A DNA stretch of 52,498 nt from Hyperthermus sp. (GTDB taxonomy: Archaea > Thermoproteota > Thermoprotei_A > Sulfolobales > Pyrodictiaceae): assembly GCA_003978665.1 (NCBI GenBank), contig QNYQ01000027.1, forward strand, positions 1 through 52,498, read 5' to 3'. A program made the position numbers and the translations under genes. Shown piece after piece: positions 8,965 through 18,249 of this stretch (position 1 is the first letter of the stretch; every line of letters begins with the position of its first letter). The notes under the pieces were generated by a model. It searched no databases. It saw nothing but the letters and a program-made list of their open reading frames with translations, and was not told where the DNA came from.

Positions 8965-9593
8965 CTCTCCGCCTCTACCGCGAGCTCGTGGAGGCCCTGC
9001 TGCCTAGGCTGCGGGGGGTGAGGGATGAGACCAGGAGACTCCTCCTACTCCTGGCGTGGCTCAATACCAGGCTGGAGGAGCCAGGCCTAGGCCGCATCAT
9101 AGTAACGGGCGGGTTCGCTGTAGAGGTCTACACCGGCAGAGTCTACCGTGCAATGTATGTCGATGTTATCGTGGAGGGTCATGAAGCACTTAAAGTTATC
9201 GAGAAGCTACTGAGCATGGTCTCAGAGCCTATCGGGCGAGGCTACCTGCCACGCGAGGAAGCCCTCTCCCTCAAGTCCATAGACATAGTCTCAACCTTCT
9301 ACGGCCGCAGAGCAACCCCCGTTAAGATCCTCGTAGACAACTACCACGTGTACATGGAGCCCCCGGAGGAGCTGGTTATACGCTACCTCGCAGACTGGAA
9401 GTTCCGGGAGTCGAGAGAGGACCGGGACAAAGCCCTCTGGGTCTACATAGTATGGCGGGACCACATGGACACAGACTACCTATGGAAGCGGGCAAGAGAG
9501 GAGGATGTCGAGGACAAGCTCCGGGAGCTAGCATCGTTCATAGAGAACAACAAGCCCACCGTAGCCCCACCCCATGAAACCAGCAGACAATAA
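8928..9593 (+). CDS. Pol-beta-superfamily nucleotidyltransferase-like protein (possibly inactive)
   Basis: IIVTGGFAVEVY...R-x-x-(Y)-V-D motif, PEELV, and C-terminal MDTDYL helical part. Confidence 0.7.
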   Translation: MGEEEGAEAEAVALRLYRELVEALLPRLRGVRDETRRLLLLLAWLNTRLEEPGLGRIIVTGGFAVEVYTGRVYRAMYVDVIVEGHEALKVIEKLLSMVSEPIGRGYLPREEALSLKSIDIVSTFYGRRATPVKILVDNYHVYMEPPEELVIRYLADWKFRESREDRDKALWVYIVWRDHMDTDYLWKRAREEDVEDKLRELASFIENNKPTVAPPHETSRQ

Positions 9594-9963
9594 TAGCCCA
9601 GCCCCTACAATTGGGGCACCACCCTACTTTTGCTCTTGTAGTGGGGGAAGGCGATTCCTTTTTGTCCCCCGTCCTCTAGACGGGCTGCAACAGCTGCGAG
9701 GCTTCTATGGCGCATATCCTGCCCCATACATACAGCGTTTATCTGGGATTCTGCTCCTCACCATGTTTAAGTAATCGGGTGTGAGCAAAAATAATGCATG
9801 TGGCATTTAATTCCATGAATACTGGTCCCCCTTTATCTTGCAGAGCCAAGGTTACGGGGGATACGCGGCTTCGGGCTCTAGGCTAATGGCAAGGCTACGA
9901 TGGGAGAACACAGTGCAACTCCTGGCGTGACCCCCGATTAGTTGGTGTGGTGAATGTGAGGAG

Positions 9964-10293
9964 CTATGAGATCTGGCTGGCCTCTTTCCACGTGGAGTTT
10001 TGTGGGGGGAGGGGTGGTAGGGGGAGTAGGCCTCCGCTGTTTGCAGCTCTAAGGGCTAGTATATAGTCTAGCATTGCCTCGGGCTTCACGGCCACGCTTG
10101 GAATGTATACTTCTTCTTCGTCGAGCTTTGCGAAGGGCTCGAACCCGTCAAAGTCTATTGCCGGCACCCTCACCTCCTCGTAGAGGATGCTGATCCCCAT
10201 GTCCCTCAGCATGTCTGCGAGTAGCTTAGCGTTCCTCTCCAAGCCCGTGCTCGCTGGCCCGTATCCCAGGAAGACGGTTAGCCTCCAGTGCAA
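9964..10293 (-). CDS. Hypothetical protein
   Basis: Protein-like composition from TTG at 10293; possible thioredoxin-like beta-alpha-beta pattern. Confidence 0.55.
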   Translation of the reverse strand: MHWRLTVFLGYGPASTGLERNAKLLADMLRDMGISILYEEVRVPAIDFDGFEPFAKLDEEEVYIPSVAVKPEAMLDYILALRAANSGGLLPLPPLPPQNSTWKEASQIS

Positions 10294-10495
10294 ACCTTCT
10301 CCCCAGGCCTGGGCTTGTGTCCTCCTGCCCGCCCTCCAAACGCTTGCAGCCCCAATAATATGCGGGAGGGCTTGCACCCCGGGGAGAGGATTCTGGGCAG
10401 GAGGGTACGTAAACCGTATAGTAGCTTGGCGTTAGCCTACCACACTCCCCGGGCAACCATTCCCTCAAGGGGGAGGATCTACTATAGCCCGGCTG

Positions 10496-10822
10496 GTGGT
10501 GGGATCCATGTCTGGCTCCCGCATCTCGGCTGAGGAGCTGGATAAGATTCTTACCCAGGTGGAGGACAAGGAGCGTAGGGATCCTAAGAGGCGCTGGATA
10601 AACCGTATGATGAGGAGCGCCAAGCAGTACCATAAGATGTGCCCCTACTATGATAAGAGGACGGGGAAGTGCTTCCTAAAGCTTGGAGAGAAGTGTGAGC
10701 GTGACGGCAGGTTTGATGGATGCCCCGTGTTCATTGAGTGGCTTTCAAGCAAGTATGACGAGTTGAAGTCGAAGGGTAGGCAGCTGCCCATGGACTTTCT
10801 CGACCTGACCCTCGCCGTCTAG
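10496..10822 (+). CDS. Conserved-looking Cys-rich hypothetical protein
   Basis: CPYYD...KC...KC......GCPVF four-Cys pattern suggests metal binding; typical codon usage. Confidence 0.8.
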   Translation: MVGSMSGSRISAEELDKILTQVEDKERRDPKRRWINRMMRSAKQYHKMCPYYDKRTGKCFLKLGEKCERDGRFDGCPVFIEWLSSKYDELKSKGRQLPMDFLDLTLAV

Positions 10823-11214
10823 CCCTGGGCTGGGTAGGCTAGGGACAGTGCTAGGAGGCTGAGGGCTGCCACGGCAACGGCCAGCTTAACCCTTGTTTTT
10901 GAATCACTATCCTCCACTATAGCGTTTGGAAGCGTTAGTAGGCCGGCAGCCTTAACTATGAACGAGCCAGTAGCTATCATTAGCACGTTGAGCAGGTATG
11001 GGGAGTAGAGTATCAAGAGCCTATGGAGCCAGTCATCCACCCTGCCCTCCACTTTAACGGCGAGGGAGGGGAGGAAGCCGTCACGCATCACGGATAGCCT
11101 GGCCTCATAGCCTAGCATGCGGGACGCGAGATAATGTATGAGCTCGTGGAGCAACGCATACCATGACATAACCAGGAATACTTCGAGGATAGGGTAGGAG
11201 CCTGGCGGCTTCAT
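10819..11214 (-). CDS. Membrane protein with HExxH motif (zincin-like metalloprotease)
   Basis: LLHELIHY in a hydrophobic context; several TM segments. Confidence 0.7.
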   Translation of the reverse strand: MKPPGSYPILEVFLVMSWYALLHELIHYLASRMLGYEARLSVMRDGFLPSLAVKVEGRVDDWLHRLLILYSPYLLNVLMIATGSFIVKAAGLLTLPNAIVEDSDSKTRVKLAVAVAALSLLALSLAYPAQG

Positions 11215-11484
11215 CCCCCTCCCCGGGAGGGAGGGGGTGCATGGCTATGGATATTTAACATGTAAGACGATATTTTCGAGGATGCCGCAGCAGCCAGCAC
11301 AAGCGCCAGCTACCCGAAACAACACTTTACCCGGCCAAGCATGCTCGAAACTATCGCTGGTGAAGCCTGCGGGACTACAAGAAGCTGGTTGGATACAGTG
11401 GGCCGCGGAGGAGGCGGTTTTCAATAAAAAAGATTTTGGAGGGCTCGCCTGGCTGGATGGATTCCCCTCTTCGATCCTCGATTG

Positions 11485-11874
11485 TTAAGCGTAGAGTGCG
11501 TGGTAGCGTCCTTCCTCATCCCCCTCTACAATGCCCTCCTCTACAAGCTTGTTAAGCGCGTATCTAATCTTATCTTCACTGGCCAGTCCCGAGAGGATTT
11601 CATGGAGCTCGCGCACTGTCATGGGCTTATCCCTGAGAAGATTGAGTATGATTTCTCGCAGCTGGTCCTCGTTGGGTGCTACCACGACGACGACTTCGTC
11701 GTCCTCGTATAGCTTCTTCAATACTATGTCCTTACTGTATATGAACACTTCCTCTCCCGCCTCTAGGGTTCTTGCCTCGAACGACATGGCTTCCTCTCCC
11801 CCGGGTAAGATGGGCTTGCTTCCATGCCTCCGGCGGCTGAGGGCTCGGTCTAAGTTTTTCTCTTCCTCAGCCAC
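11485..11874 (-). CDS. Winged-helix DNA-binding protein (ArsR-like)
   Basis: ILNLLRDKPMTVRELHEIL...KIRYALNKLVEEGIV...GRY winged-HTH pattern. Confidence 0.8.
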   Translation of the reverse strand: MAEEEKNLDRALSRRRHGSKPILPGGEEAMSFEARTLEAGEEVFIYSKDIVLKKLYEDDEVVVVVAPNEDQLREIILNLLRDKPMTVRELHEILSGLASEDKIRYALNKLVEEGIVEGDEEGRYHALYA

Positions 11875-11957
11875 TGAAACTTATAGTTGTCGTGTGGTAT
11901 TATTTTGGAGTAGGGGTTCACATGCTGCCAAGACACATGCAGTGATTATTTCTCCGG

Positions 11958-12395
11958 GTGGCTCCTCTAGTGTATGCGGTTGATGATGCAGGTGAAATAC
12001 ACGGATTACTTGAGTCTGCACGCGAAAGGCTTGCTCTGCTCAGGCTTTGCGGTATTCTTGACGTGCTTGTGGAGGATAGTTCAAGGCTTGTGTCAAGGTA
12101 TAGTGCGTACTTGTCGAGTATTGGCGCGAGAGGGTTTAGTGGCGAGGCTGAGCGTGTAAGGAGGGTTCTTGAGGGCATAGAGCTCGTGAACACTATAGCT
12201 GTCAGGGCTAGGTCTAGGCTCTGTAGCGGCAGGCCCGGCTTAAGCGCTGTATACGACGTGTTGTCTATGTTCGAGAAACACTACCCCAGGCTCATGACAG
12301 GCTCCCTACTAGTGCCGGCCAGCCTGAGACAAGCATACTACGAGGCCTTCTCCCTGCTGAGAAGCCTAACAGCCACCAGCCCTCTCATAGACTAG
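11958..12395 (+). CDS. Hypothetical helical protein
   Basis: ORF with GGGTG/GTG start, divergent from the wHTH gene. Confidence 0.65.
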   Translation: MAPLVYAVDDAGEIHGLLESARERLALLRLCGILDVLVEDSSRLVSRYSAYLSSIGARGFSGEAERVRRVLEGIELVNTIAVRARSRLCSGRPGLSAVYDVLSMFEKHYPRLMTGSLLVPASLRQAYYEAFSLLRSLTATSPLID

Positions 12396-12458
12396 GCTCT
12401 ACACGCCCCCCTCTCCCCCGGGGTTGGCCTGGGGCTTCTCGGGGCTGGTGGGGAGAAG

Positions 12459-12522
12459 GGCTCTAGCGGCCTAAAGCCTCGTCATCCTGGTTCAGCAGAG
12501 GCCTTGAGCCTCTTCACAGCCG
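12459..12522 (-). ncRNA. Candidate box C/D sRNA
   Basis: Minus strand: C GTGAAGA (12517-12511), D' CTGA (12495-12492), C' ATGACGA (12485-12479), degenerate D CTAGA; second guide contains GCTTTAGGCC, complementary to 16S GGCCUAAAGC. Confidence 0.55.
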
Positions 12523-12679
12523 CTGGGAGAGAGTGGTCTCCTCCACTTCCAGGTGGTTGGAGAGAAGCTTTAAGCTCGCTTACCGTACCCTGCCCTTCAC
12601 TGTTAGAGGGGGTTGGGGGTTTTTGTGGTGCACTGCTAGAGCCTCCTGCTACACGGCGTGGTAGAGGGGAAGGAGGGGG

Positions 12680-13042
12680 GTGTTGAGGGTAACTAGCGCC
12701 ATCCAGGCAGCTCTCCGTACTGCGCGTGTTCCGGGCAATGTTGCAGCTAAGGTTATGAACATAGTTGATTCTGCCTTGGGGGAGCATGGTGTTAGGGATG
12801 ACTCGGAGCTATTGTCCCTGCCCGACTGGAATGTATGGATGATCGTGATCAAGTCTATACTCTCTCCTTCAACGAAGCTGCTGCGGCAGGAGGGTTATTG
12901 TCATGCCAACGCAGCCCTCATAGGCTCGTTAATAGTGCTTGATGAGAGGCTTGCCCAGATGATTAGGGAGTGGGTGAAGGCGCGCTGCGGGGCAGGCCTT
13001 GACCCCTGCTGTAGAAACCCTCAATGCTGTAACATAGCTTAG
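12680..13042 (+). CDS. Hypothetical protein with Cys-rich C-terminus
   Basis: ORF ending C...DPCCRNPQCC; preceded by a purine-rich RBS. Confidence 0.7.
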   Translation: MLRVTSAIQAALRTARVPGNVAAKVMNIVDSALGEHGVRDDSELLSLPDWNVWMIVIKSILSPSTKLLRQEGYCHANAALIGSLIVLDERLAQMIREWVKARCGAGLDPCCRNPQCCNIA

Positions 13043-13065
13043 CCTGTGCCGCGGGGCGCCGTGCC

Positions 13066-13440
13066 ATGGTGCTGGAGGGCCTCAACGACTATGTTAGGCT
13101 TGTTGAGCTCTCACTGCGCCTAATAGCTGTCGGGGCGGGCTTAGAGAAGGCTGTCGCACACGCGCTCATCCACATGCTGCGCGAGAAAGGGCTCAGCCTA
13201 GATGATGCTGTACGCAGCATCGGGCTCACAGCCGGTGATGTGGACGAGTCACTACTCACCTACCTGGAGCTCGCAGGAGATGAAACCTCCACTTCGCTCT
13301 ATGCTTCAAGCCCCTACGCTGATATTGTACTACAGGAGAACAAGAGGCTCCTCGAGACCCTGAGCAAGCTTACTAGGAGGGATGAATGCCTATCCCTTGT
13401 GGCCCGAATAGCCGGTATCATGGAGGGTGCTGGGCGATAG
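13066..13440 (+). CDS. Hypothetical protein
   Basis: ATG ORF in an operon-like run. Confidence 0.7.
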   Translation: MVLEGLNDYVRLVELSLRLIAVGAGLEKAVAHALIHMLREKGLSLDDAVRSIGLTAGDVDESLLTYLELAGDETSTSLYASSPYADIVLQENKRLLETLSKLTRRDECLSLVARIAGIMEGAGR

Positions 13441-13462
13441 GGGCTTAAGGGTTGATGGAGCA

Positions 13463-13879
13463 ATGCCGTGTCCATGGTATCGTAACGGCCTCTGTACCTC
13501 TCCTAGACTGCGCAGGCCCACGGCGAGCGTCACGAACCCGTCAAGATGCCTTGGCGGCGAGTCGGAGTACAAGTCGTGCAGGCTCTACACTGAGCCGGCA
13601 AACGCCTCTTCTTCAGCATCAAAGTCCATAGCGTCTCCTAGGCCGGCGTTGATAGAGCAGCTGAAACCCTACAATCTCATCCACCTAGTTGAGAGGAAGC
13701 CTCAGGCAGGCTGCCCCTACATGAAGATCCACAACTATAGTGGAGGCTACCTCGCCGAATGCCTAGTGCTCGGAAGACTCCTAACGAGGAGCGAGGTAAA
13801 ACTCTGCGAGCAGGGCTGGAGCAGCTGCCCCTTCTACCGCTACGCTGTACAGCACCCGGAGTCCTTCCATAAACGCTAA
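13463..13879 (+). CDS. Protein with two Cys4-type repeats (CP-W/Y...C...C...C)
   Basis: MPCPWYRNGLCTSP...C...SC and CPYM...C...C...CPFY; likely metal binding. Confidence 0.8.
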   Translation: MPCPWYRNGLCTSPRLRRPTASVTNPSRCLGGESEYKSCRLYTEPANASSSASKSIASPRPALIEQLKPYNLIHLVERKPQAGCPYMKIHNYSGGYLAECLVLGRLLTRSEVKLCEQGWSSCPFYRYAVQHPESFHKR

Positions 13880-13915
13880 AACACCAGGGACAGTCCCCCT
13901 TCAGCGTAGCTATCA

Positions 13916-14569
13916 CTATGCCAGGGAGGCTAAGCTCCTAACGAACCTAGACACGTCATCCCTGCTGGAAAACCTCCTCTCCCCGGAAACCCTGAAGCTT
14001 ACGTGAAAGCCCTCCTGCCCGCGCTCAACCTCCACAGTGAAGTTGTCTCCGCGCCTTATGGTCACCCGCTCTCCCTCCCTCGCCACCATAAACCCCCTCT
14101 CCCTCAACATGTCCAGGAGCTCTTCGAGCCCCAGCGCCCTAGCCCCCTGAGCTTCCACCGTTTCCCCCTCAAGCTCCTCAAGCCTCTTCTTGACCGCTCT
14201 CACCACCTCGTCCAGGTCCATGTACGCCTTCAAAGTCTCGTCAAGTATCCTCTTCATAACCTCCCTCCCCTTCCCCGTCTTCTCCGCCTTCACGTAGAGG
14301 AGGAGCTGGTCAAAGTCGCTGCTGTTAAGGTACTCCGCCAGCCTCCTAACATTCCCTCCGAAGGCATGGAACTTGTACTTGTCCTCAGCCTTCCCAACCT
14401 GCTGCCTAATCTCGTCGATAAGCTGTCTCGGAGCACCAGAACTGGCCAGCACCCTGTTCACTATGTGACGGAGAAAATCCTTTCTCTGCACCCTCAGCCA
14501 CCCCGGGCTGAACACTCGCTCCAAGAAAGATTGCAGTGTTAGGGCTGGGAGCCGAGAGATTAACCTCAC
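13916..14569 (-). CDS. Hypothetical protein
   Basis: 217-aa ORF with charged-protein codon usage; helical N-domain plus beta C-domain. Confidence 0.75.
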   Translation of the reverse strand: MRLISRLPALTLQSFLERVFSPGWLRVQRKDFLRHIVNRVLASSGAPRQLIDEIRQQVGKAEDKYKFHAFGGNVRRLAEYLNSSDFDQLLLYVKAEKTGKGREVMKRILDETLKAYMDLDEVVRAVKKRLEELEGETVEAQGARALGLEELLDMLRERGFMVAREGERVTIRRGDNFTVEVERGQEGFHVSFRVSGERRFSSRDDVSRFVRSLASLA

Positions 14570-14666
14570 GCTGAAAACCCTGGGGAGAGGCTCTGGAAGC
14601 CCTCTGGATGAGCCCTATATGGTATGGGTAAGAAGTCGTGGGAGTCTTGTCCGGGCTTGTCTTACG

Positions 14667-15212
14667 TCACCCCTTCTTATAGCCTATCTTGCGTAGAAAC
14701 TCTATCCTCTCTCTAGCATCGTCTTCGGCTTCGACGCCTAGGGGTGTGTAGCCGTCAACAACACCTATCACCCCCCTCCCCTGGCCCGTTTCAGCGACGA
14801 GTACTTGAAGAGGGTTTGCCGTTGCAGCGTAGATCCTCACTACTTCTTGTACGTTCTTGATCGCGTTGAGCACGTTTATCGGCCAGGCATTCCTAATGTA
14901 TATTATGAAGGTGTGGCCTGCCGCTATCCTCTTAGCAGCCTCTATAGCAGCCTTCCTCAACTCCTCATCGTTGCCCTCATGCCTTATCAGCCTCTTCTGG
15001 CTCGCCTCGCAGAAGGCTAGCCCAAACTTTATCCCGGGAGCGCTGGTGACAAGAGCCTCGTAGAGGTCCTCGACCGTTTTAATAAAGTGTGCATGGCCCA
15101 CTATTACGTTCGCTCCCTCGGGTATAGGTATATCTACCACCTCGATCCTCAGGCCACCCGGCAAGGCCAAGCCACCACTCTTTCGCGGGGAAAGGGGCTG
15201 TGAAGAGTACAA
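14667..15212 (-). CDS. Adenosine-specific kinase family protein (PAE2307-like)
   Basis: [42 protein letters not shown] motifs. Confidence 0.9.
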   Translation of the reverse strand: MYSSQPLSPRKSGGLALPGGLRIEVVDIPIPEGANVIVGHAHFIKTVEDLYEALVTSAPGIKFGLAFCEASQKRLIRHEGNDEELRKAAIEAAKRIAAGHTFIIYIRNAWPINVLNAIKNVQEVVRIYAATANPLQVLVAETGQGRGVIGVVDGYTPLGVEAEDDARERIEFLRKIGYKKG

Positions 15213-15239
15213 CCCGGCCTGAAGCCTTAGGAGGAGGCT

Positions 15240-15300
15240 TGAGGGTGAGGAATCCTAGTCCAGCTGAGCCCCCGTGCCTCTAGGGTATTACTGAGGCTTA
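15240..15300 (+). ncRNA. Candidate box C/D sRNA, D' guide complementary to a tRNA D-loop
   Basis: C GTGAGGA 15245-15251, guide ATCCTAGTCCAG, D' CTGA 15264-15267, D CTGA 15291-15294; canonical ~50-nt spacing; intergenic. Confidence 0.65.
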
Positions 15301-15356
15301 GGCTTTGACTCTTACTCCCGTCCTCTCTCAAACCCTCTAGCATTGGGTGTTCTTGC

Positions 15357-15860
15357 TTGAGCGTATCCGAAGGCTTCGAGGCCTACTCCTCGCCTCTAGG
15401 CTCCTCGGGGGATGGTGACGGGGCAATAGCCGGTATAGACATGGCGGTCTTCTACGCGTCTGTAGCTTCAGCCCTCCGCTCCCTGGGCTTCGATAACAGC
15501 GAGGTCATGGAGAGGTACTATGACGCCGTATGCTCCCTCGGCGAATTCCTCGCGCCGGCAGTGGCCCGGGAACTGGCATATTATTCTTCGCTCAAGGAGC
15601 GCGACGGCACAGCTATCGTTGACCTGCTCGGAGAGGACTACTTTAGGTCGATACTCTCCTTCATAGTTCACGGCAGCTGCAGGGAAGTAGACCCCTGGGA
15701 GGTGCTGGCCGACATAGCGGCTGCAGTGGGGCTTAGGAGGGAGGCGTGGGAAGCGATTGCCGAGGCAGTGGCGGGGAGGGATTGCGAGACAATACGCTAC
15801 GCTATGTGGCTTATCCTAGCCACGCCGCCTAATGCTCCAGGGGAGACGGGCCATGCTTAA
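15357..15860 (+). CDS. Hypothetical acidic protein
   Basis: 167-aa ORF overlapping the next gene. Confidence 0.7.
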   Translation: MSVSEGFEAYSSPLGSSGDGDGAIAGIDMAVFYASVASALRSLGFDNSEVMERYYDAVCSLGEFLAPAVARELAYYSSLKERDGTAIVDLLGEDYFRSILSFIVHGSCREVDPWEVLADIAAAVGLRREAWEAIAEAVAGRDCETIRYAMWLILATPPNAPGETGHA

Positions 15861-16230
15861 GGAGAAGCCTAGACTGGACATGCTCGTGTCAGCAATAGCC
15901 GAGGCCTCTATACGTAAAGCGGCTGGGCTAAACTATCAGCTGACAAGGCTAACACCAACACTGCAGGACACCGCGAGAAAACTTGTAGAGGAGATATCTT
16001 CCAGCCTAGCGATAAACCACGACAGCATCATACGCTGCAAGCTATGCGGCCGAGGCCCCTTCACGAGGAAGGGCTACTACCTTCACGCAAAAAGAGTACA
16101 CATGGACACCATAAAACTGATCGTCCACCAGAAGCTAAGCAGGGAGCTATGGCTCCGCGTGGAAGAGGAAAGAAGCCGGCCACAGGCCTCGGAGAAAGCG
16201 GCTGGAAACAACGGCGAAGCGGCGACGTAG
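15853..16230 (+). CDS. C2H2 zinc-finger protein
   Basis: CKLCGRGPFTRKGYYLHAKRVH. Confidence 0.8.
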   Translation: MLKEKPRLDMLVSAIAEASIRKAAGLNYQLTRLTPTLQDTARKLVEEISSSLAINHDSIIRCKLCGRGPFTRKGYYLHAKRVHMDTIKLIVHQKLSRELWLRVEEERSRPQASEKAAGNNGEAAT

Positions 16231-16358
16231 ATGGAGCAAGGCCCCACAGACCCTGGACTCCTGGGAGGGGGAAAGAGGGGTCTGAAGGGGTGGAGCACGC
16301 TCATAGTTCTAGTATAGCTCAAGCAGTCTAGCAAAGGCATCGCTACTGGAGTCTTTCT

Positions 16359-16799
16359 TCATCCCTGCCGTGGCTTGACGAGTCTTGCTCCTTTATCTGT
16401 TTCCACTATTACAGCCCAAACCCCGTCACTGCTAACCCTAACCCTGCCCACGTGCACGTACAGCTTCTCTCTCACCGCAAGCTGCCTCTGCAGTGTAAGC
16501 TCCCCCTTCCCGCTCCTGGCTATCAGCCAGAGCCTCTTGAGGAGGGCGGGTCTCGGGAAGATCAGTGGCGCCTTGAGCGTGGTGTACGCGTAGAGGTATT
16601 TCTCCTCCTTAGACTTTTCCTCTACACCTATGATCTCGAGGAGTATGCCGCTGGTACCCTTGTATCTCTCAGTGTATTCTTCAACTACATCGAAGAAATC
16701 CCTCCCAACGCTTTCCTCCTCCACGATCCTAAACGCGTCTATGACAGCTTGCTTCAAGTCGGCTTCCACATGCCTATAAACCCGTACAAGAACCCTCAC
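16359..16799 (-). CDS. Hypothetical protein
   Basis: 146-aa ORF with typical codon usage. Confidence 0.7.
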   Translation of the reverse strand: MRVLVRVYRHVEADLKQAVIDAFRIVEEESVGRDFFDVVEEYTERYKGTSGILLEIIGVEEKSKEEKYLYAYTTLKAPLIFPRPALLKRLWLIARSGKGELTLQRQLAVREKLYVHVGRVRVSSDGVWAVIVETDKGARLVKPRQG

Positions 16800-16915
16800 T
16801 TCAAACTACCCCGGCTCCCTCTATCCTAACGCCCCTTAACCTCTTAGGTTGACTGAGCAGTGTTTAATACAGGGCACACCCCTCCCCCTCTAACCGCTAG
16901 AGCAATACATTCGCC

Positions 16916-17013
16916 GGGGGCTCGATGAAGACGTGTAATGAGCCTACGGCGGTACCGTAGCAGCCGCGTATAGTGGCTGGTGGGGAGGCAGCCGGGCCTT
17001 GAGGCCCCTTTTT
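16916..17013 (+). ncRNA. Candidate structured/kink-turn sRNA
   Basis: GGCTC-GATGA...ATGA-GCC K-loop-like hairpin, two further hairpins (TACGG/CCGTA; CAGCC/GGCTG), TTGA, closing GGGGC/GCCCC and a TTTTT terminator. Confidence 0.45.
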
Positions 17014-17043
17014 CCCCCTTCTCGTTCTCCCCTCTAAGGGATC

Positions 17044-17811
17044 GTGGCCTGCTACCTGCTCTGGGTGATCGTTGGCTTGTACTGTGCTCGTTGCGGGAGG
17101 AGTGTTGATGAACGATATGTTTTGAGTGGTTTGTGCATAGACTGTTTCCTGGAGCTTAACCGACTGCTCTGTGTCCCTGAAAGACTTAGCTTTGACTACT
17201 GTAGGGCCTGTGGCTCTGTTAGGCTTGGCTACCGCTGGGTTGAGGCCGGCGGCTTAGAGGAGGCTTTCCTCACCTACCTCAGGGGTTTTATGGATAGGAG
17301 GGTTAGGGCGTGTAGTAGTGTTGTGGAAGAATACTGGGTTGAAGAGATAGTTGCCCTCACAAAGCCCTCGTGGAGGAGCGTGTTTAGGGTTAGGTTTGGG
17401 CTTAGGCTTAGGGGGGTTAGCGGTGTCGCCCACCAAGACTATATCGTGGAGGCCTACGCCTCCCCCACCCTCTGCCCATTATGCAAGAGGGCTAGGGCGG
17501 GCGACTATGATGTAGTGGTGAGGCTTCGTGGCGCGAGCCCGGAGAAGATAGCAAGCGTTCTCGCACCCCTGCTTGAGAGCGATGCCAGGCTAGTTAACTC
17601 GATACTTGACGTGGAGGAGCATAGGCAGGGTGTTGACGTATTCCTCCTAGACAAGTCGGCCCACTCAAGGATAATAAGAGAGCTGAGGAAACGCTACCAG
17701 GTTAACGTGAAGAAAGCGGCCGAGGATGTGGGAGTAGACTCTAGGGGTAGGCCCAGGCGCAGGCTCGTCCTCATGGTAAGCCTGCGTGAGCGTAGGCGTC
17801 GAGACAAGTGA
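17044..17811 (+). CDS. nmd3: NMD3-family ribosome biogenesis protein
   Basis: CxxC pairs (CARC, CIDC, CRAC, CPLC) in NMD3 spacing; GxDSRGRPRRR C-terminal hairpin. Confidence 0.8.
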   Translation: MACYLLWVIVGLYCARCGRSVDERYVLSGLCIDCFLELNRLLCVPERLSFDYCRACGSVRLGYRWVEAGGLEEAFLTYLRGFMDRRVRACSSVVEEYWVEEIVALTKPSWRSVFRVRFGLRLRGVSGVAHQDYIVEAYASPTLCPLCKRARAGDYDVVVRLRGASPEKIASVLAPLLESDARLVNSILDVEEHRQGVDVFLLDKSAHSRIIRELRKRYQVNVKKAAEDVGVDSRGRPRRRLVLMVSLRERRRRDK

Positions 17812-18191
17812 TGGGGGCTCTGGGTATGGGGAGGAGGGAGAGGCCGTTAAGCTTCAGCGACTATGAGAGAGCGCTCATGAGTACTACGCCTCTAGATGTT
17901 ATACGCGAAATAGAGGAGCAAACCCCCCGTGAGAGGAGTGGTGGGAGGCGTAGGAGACCCTACCCTACGGGCAGGGAGCTTGCAGAGGCTATAGTCGAGG
18001 TCTCCCAGGCCTATAATGGCCATCCCGACGACTTCCCCCAGGCTGTCATAGAATATCTTGAGGGTGAGGGCTTTGATACTAGGCACGTGACGGTGAAGCG
18101 GATATGGAGGATTTATGAGAGCCTGGTTCGCCGCAGGGTCATGGCTGACAGGCTGGGAGTTGTCCAGGAGGCTGGCCCGGCGGGCGCTTAA
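17808..18191 (+). CDS. Hypothetical protein (possible HTH)
   Basis: Coupled to nmd3 (GTGA overlap); HPDDFP...KRIWRIYE. Confidence 0.75.
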   Translation: MMGALGMGRRERPLSFSDYERALMSTTPLDVIREIEEQTPRERSGGRRRRPYPTGRELAEAIVEVSQAYNGHPDDFPQAVIEYLEGEGFDTRHVTVKRIWRIYESLVRRRVMADRLGVVQEAGPAGA

Positions 18192-18249
18192 GCCTTTATG
18201 CCAGCGAGTACTTAAACCCAGCGGGGCTGTAGGGTTGAATGTAGAGTGA

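Noticed and set aside
9594..9963. AT-richer intergenic stretch as a replication origin
   Set aside because: No repeated ORB-like motifs and no cdc6/orc1 or whiP gene recognised nearby.
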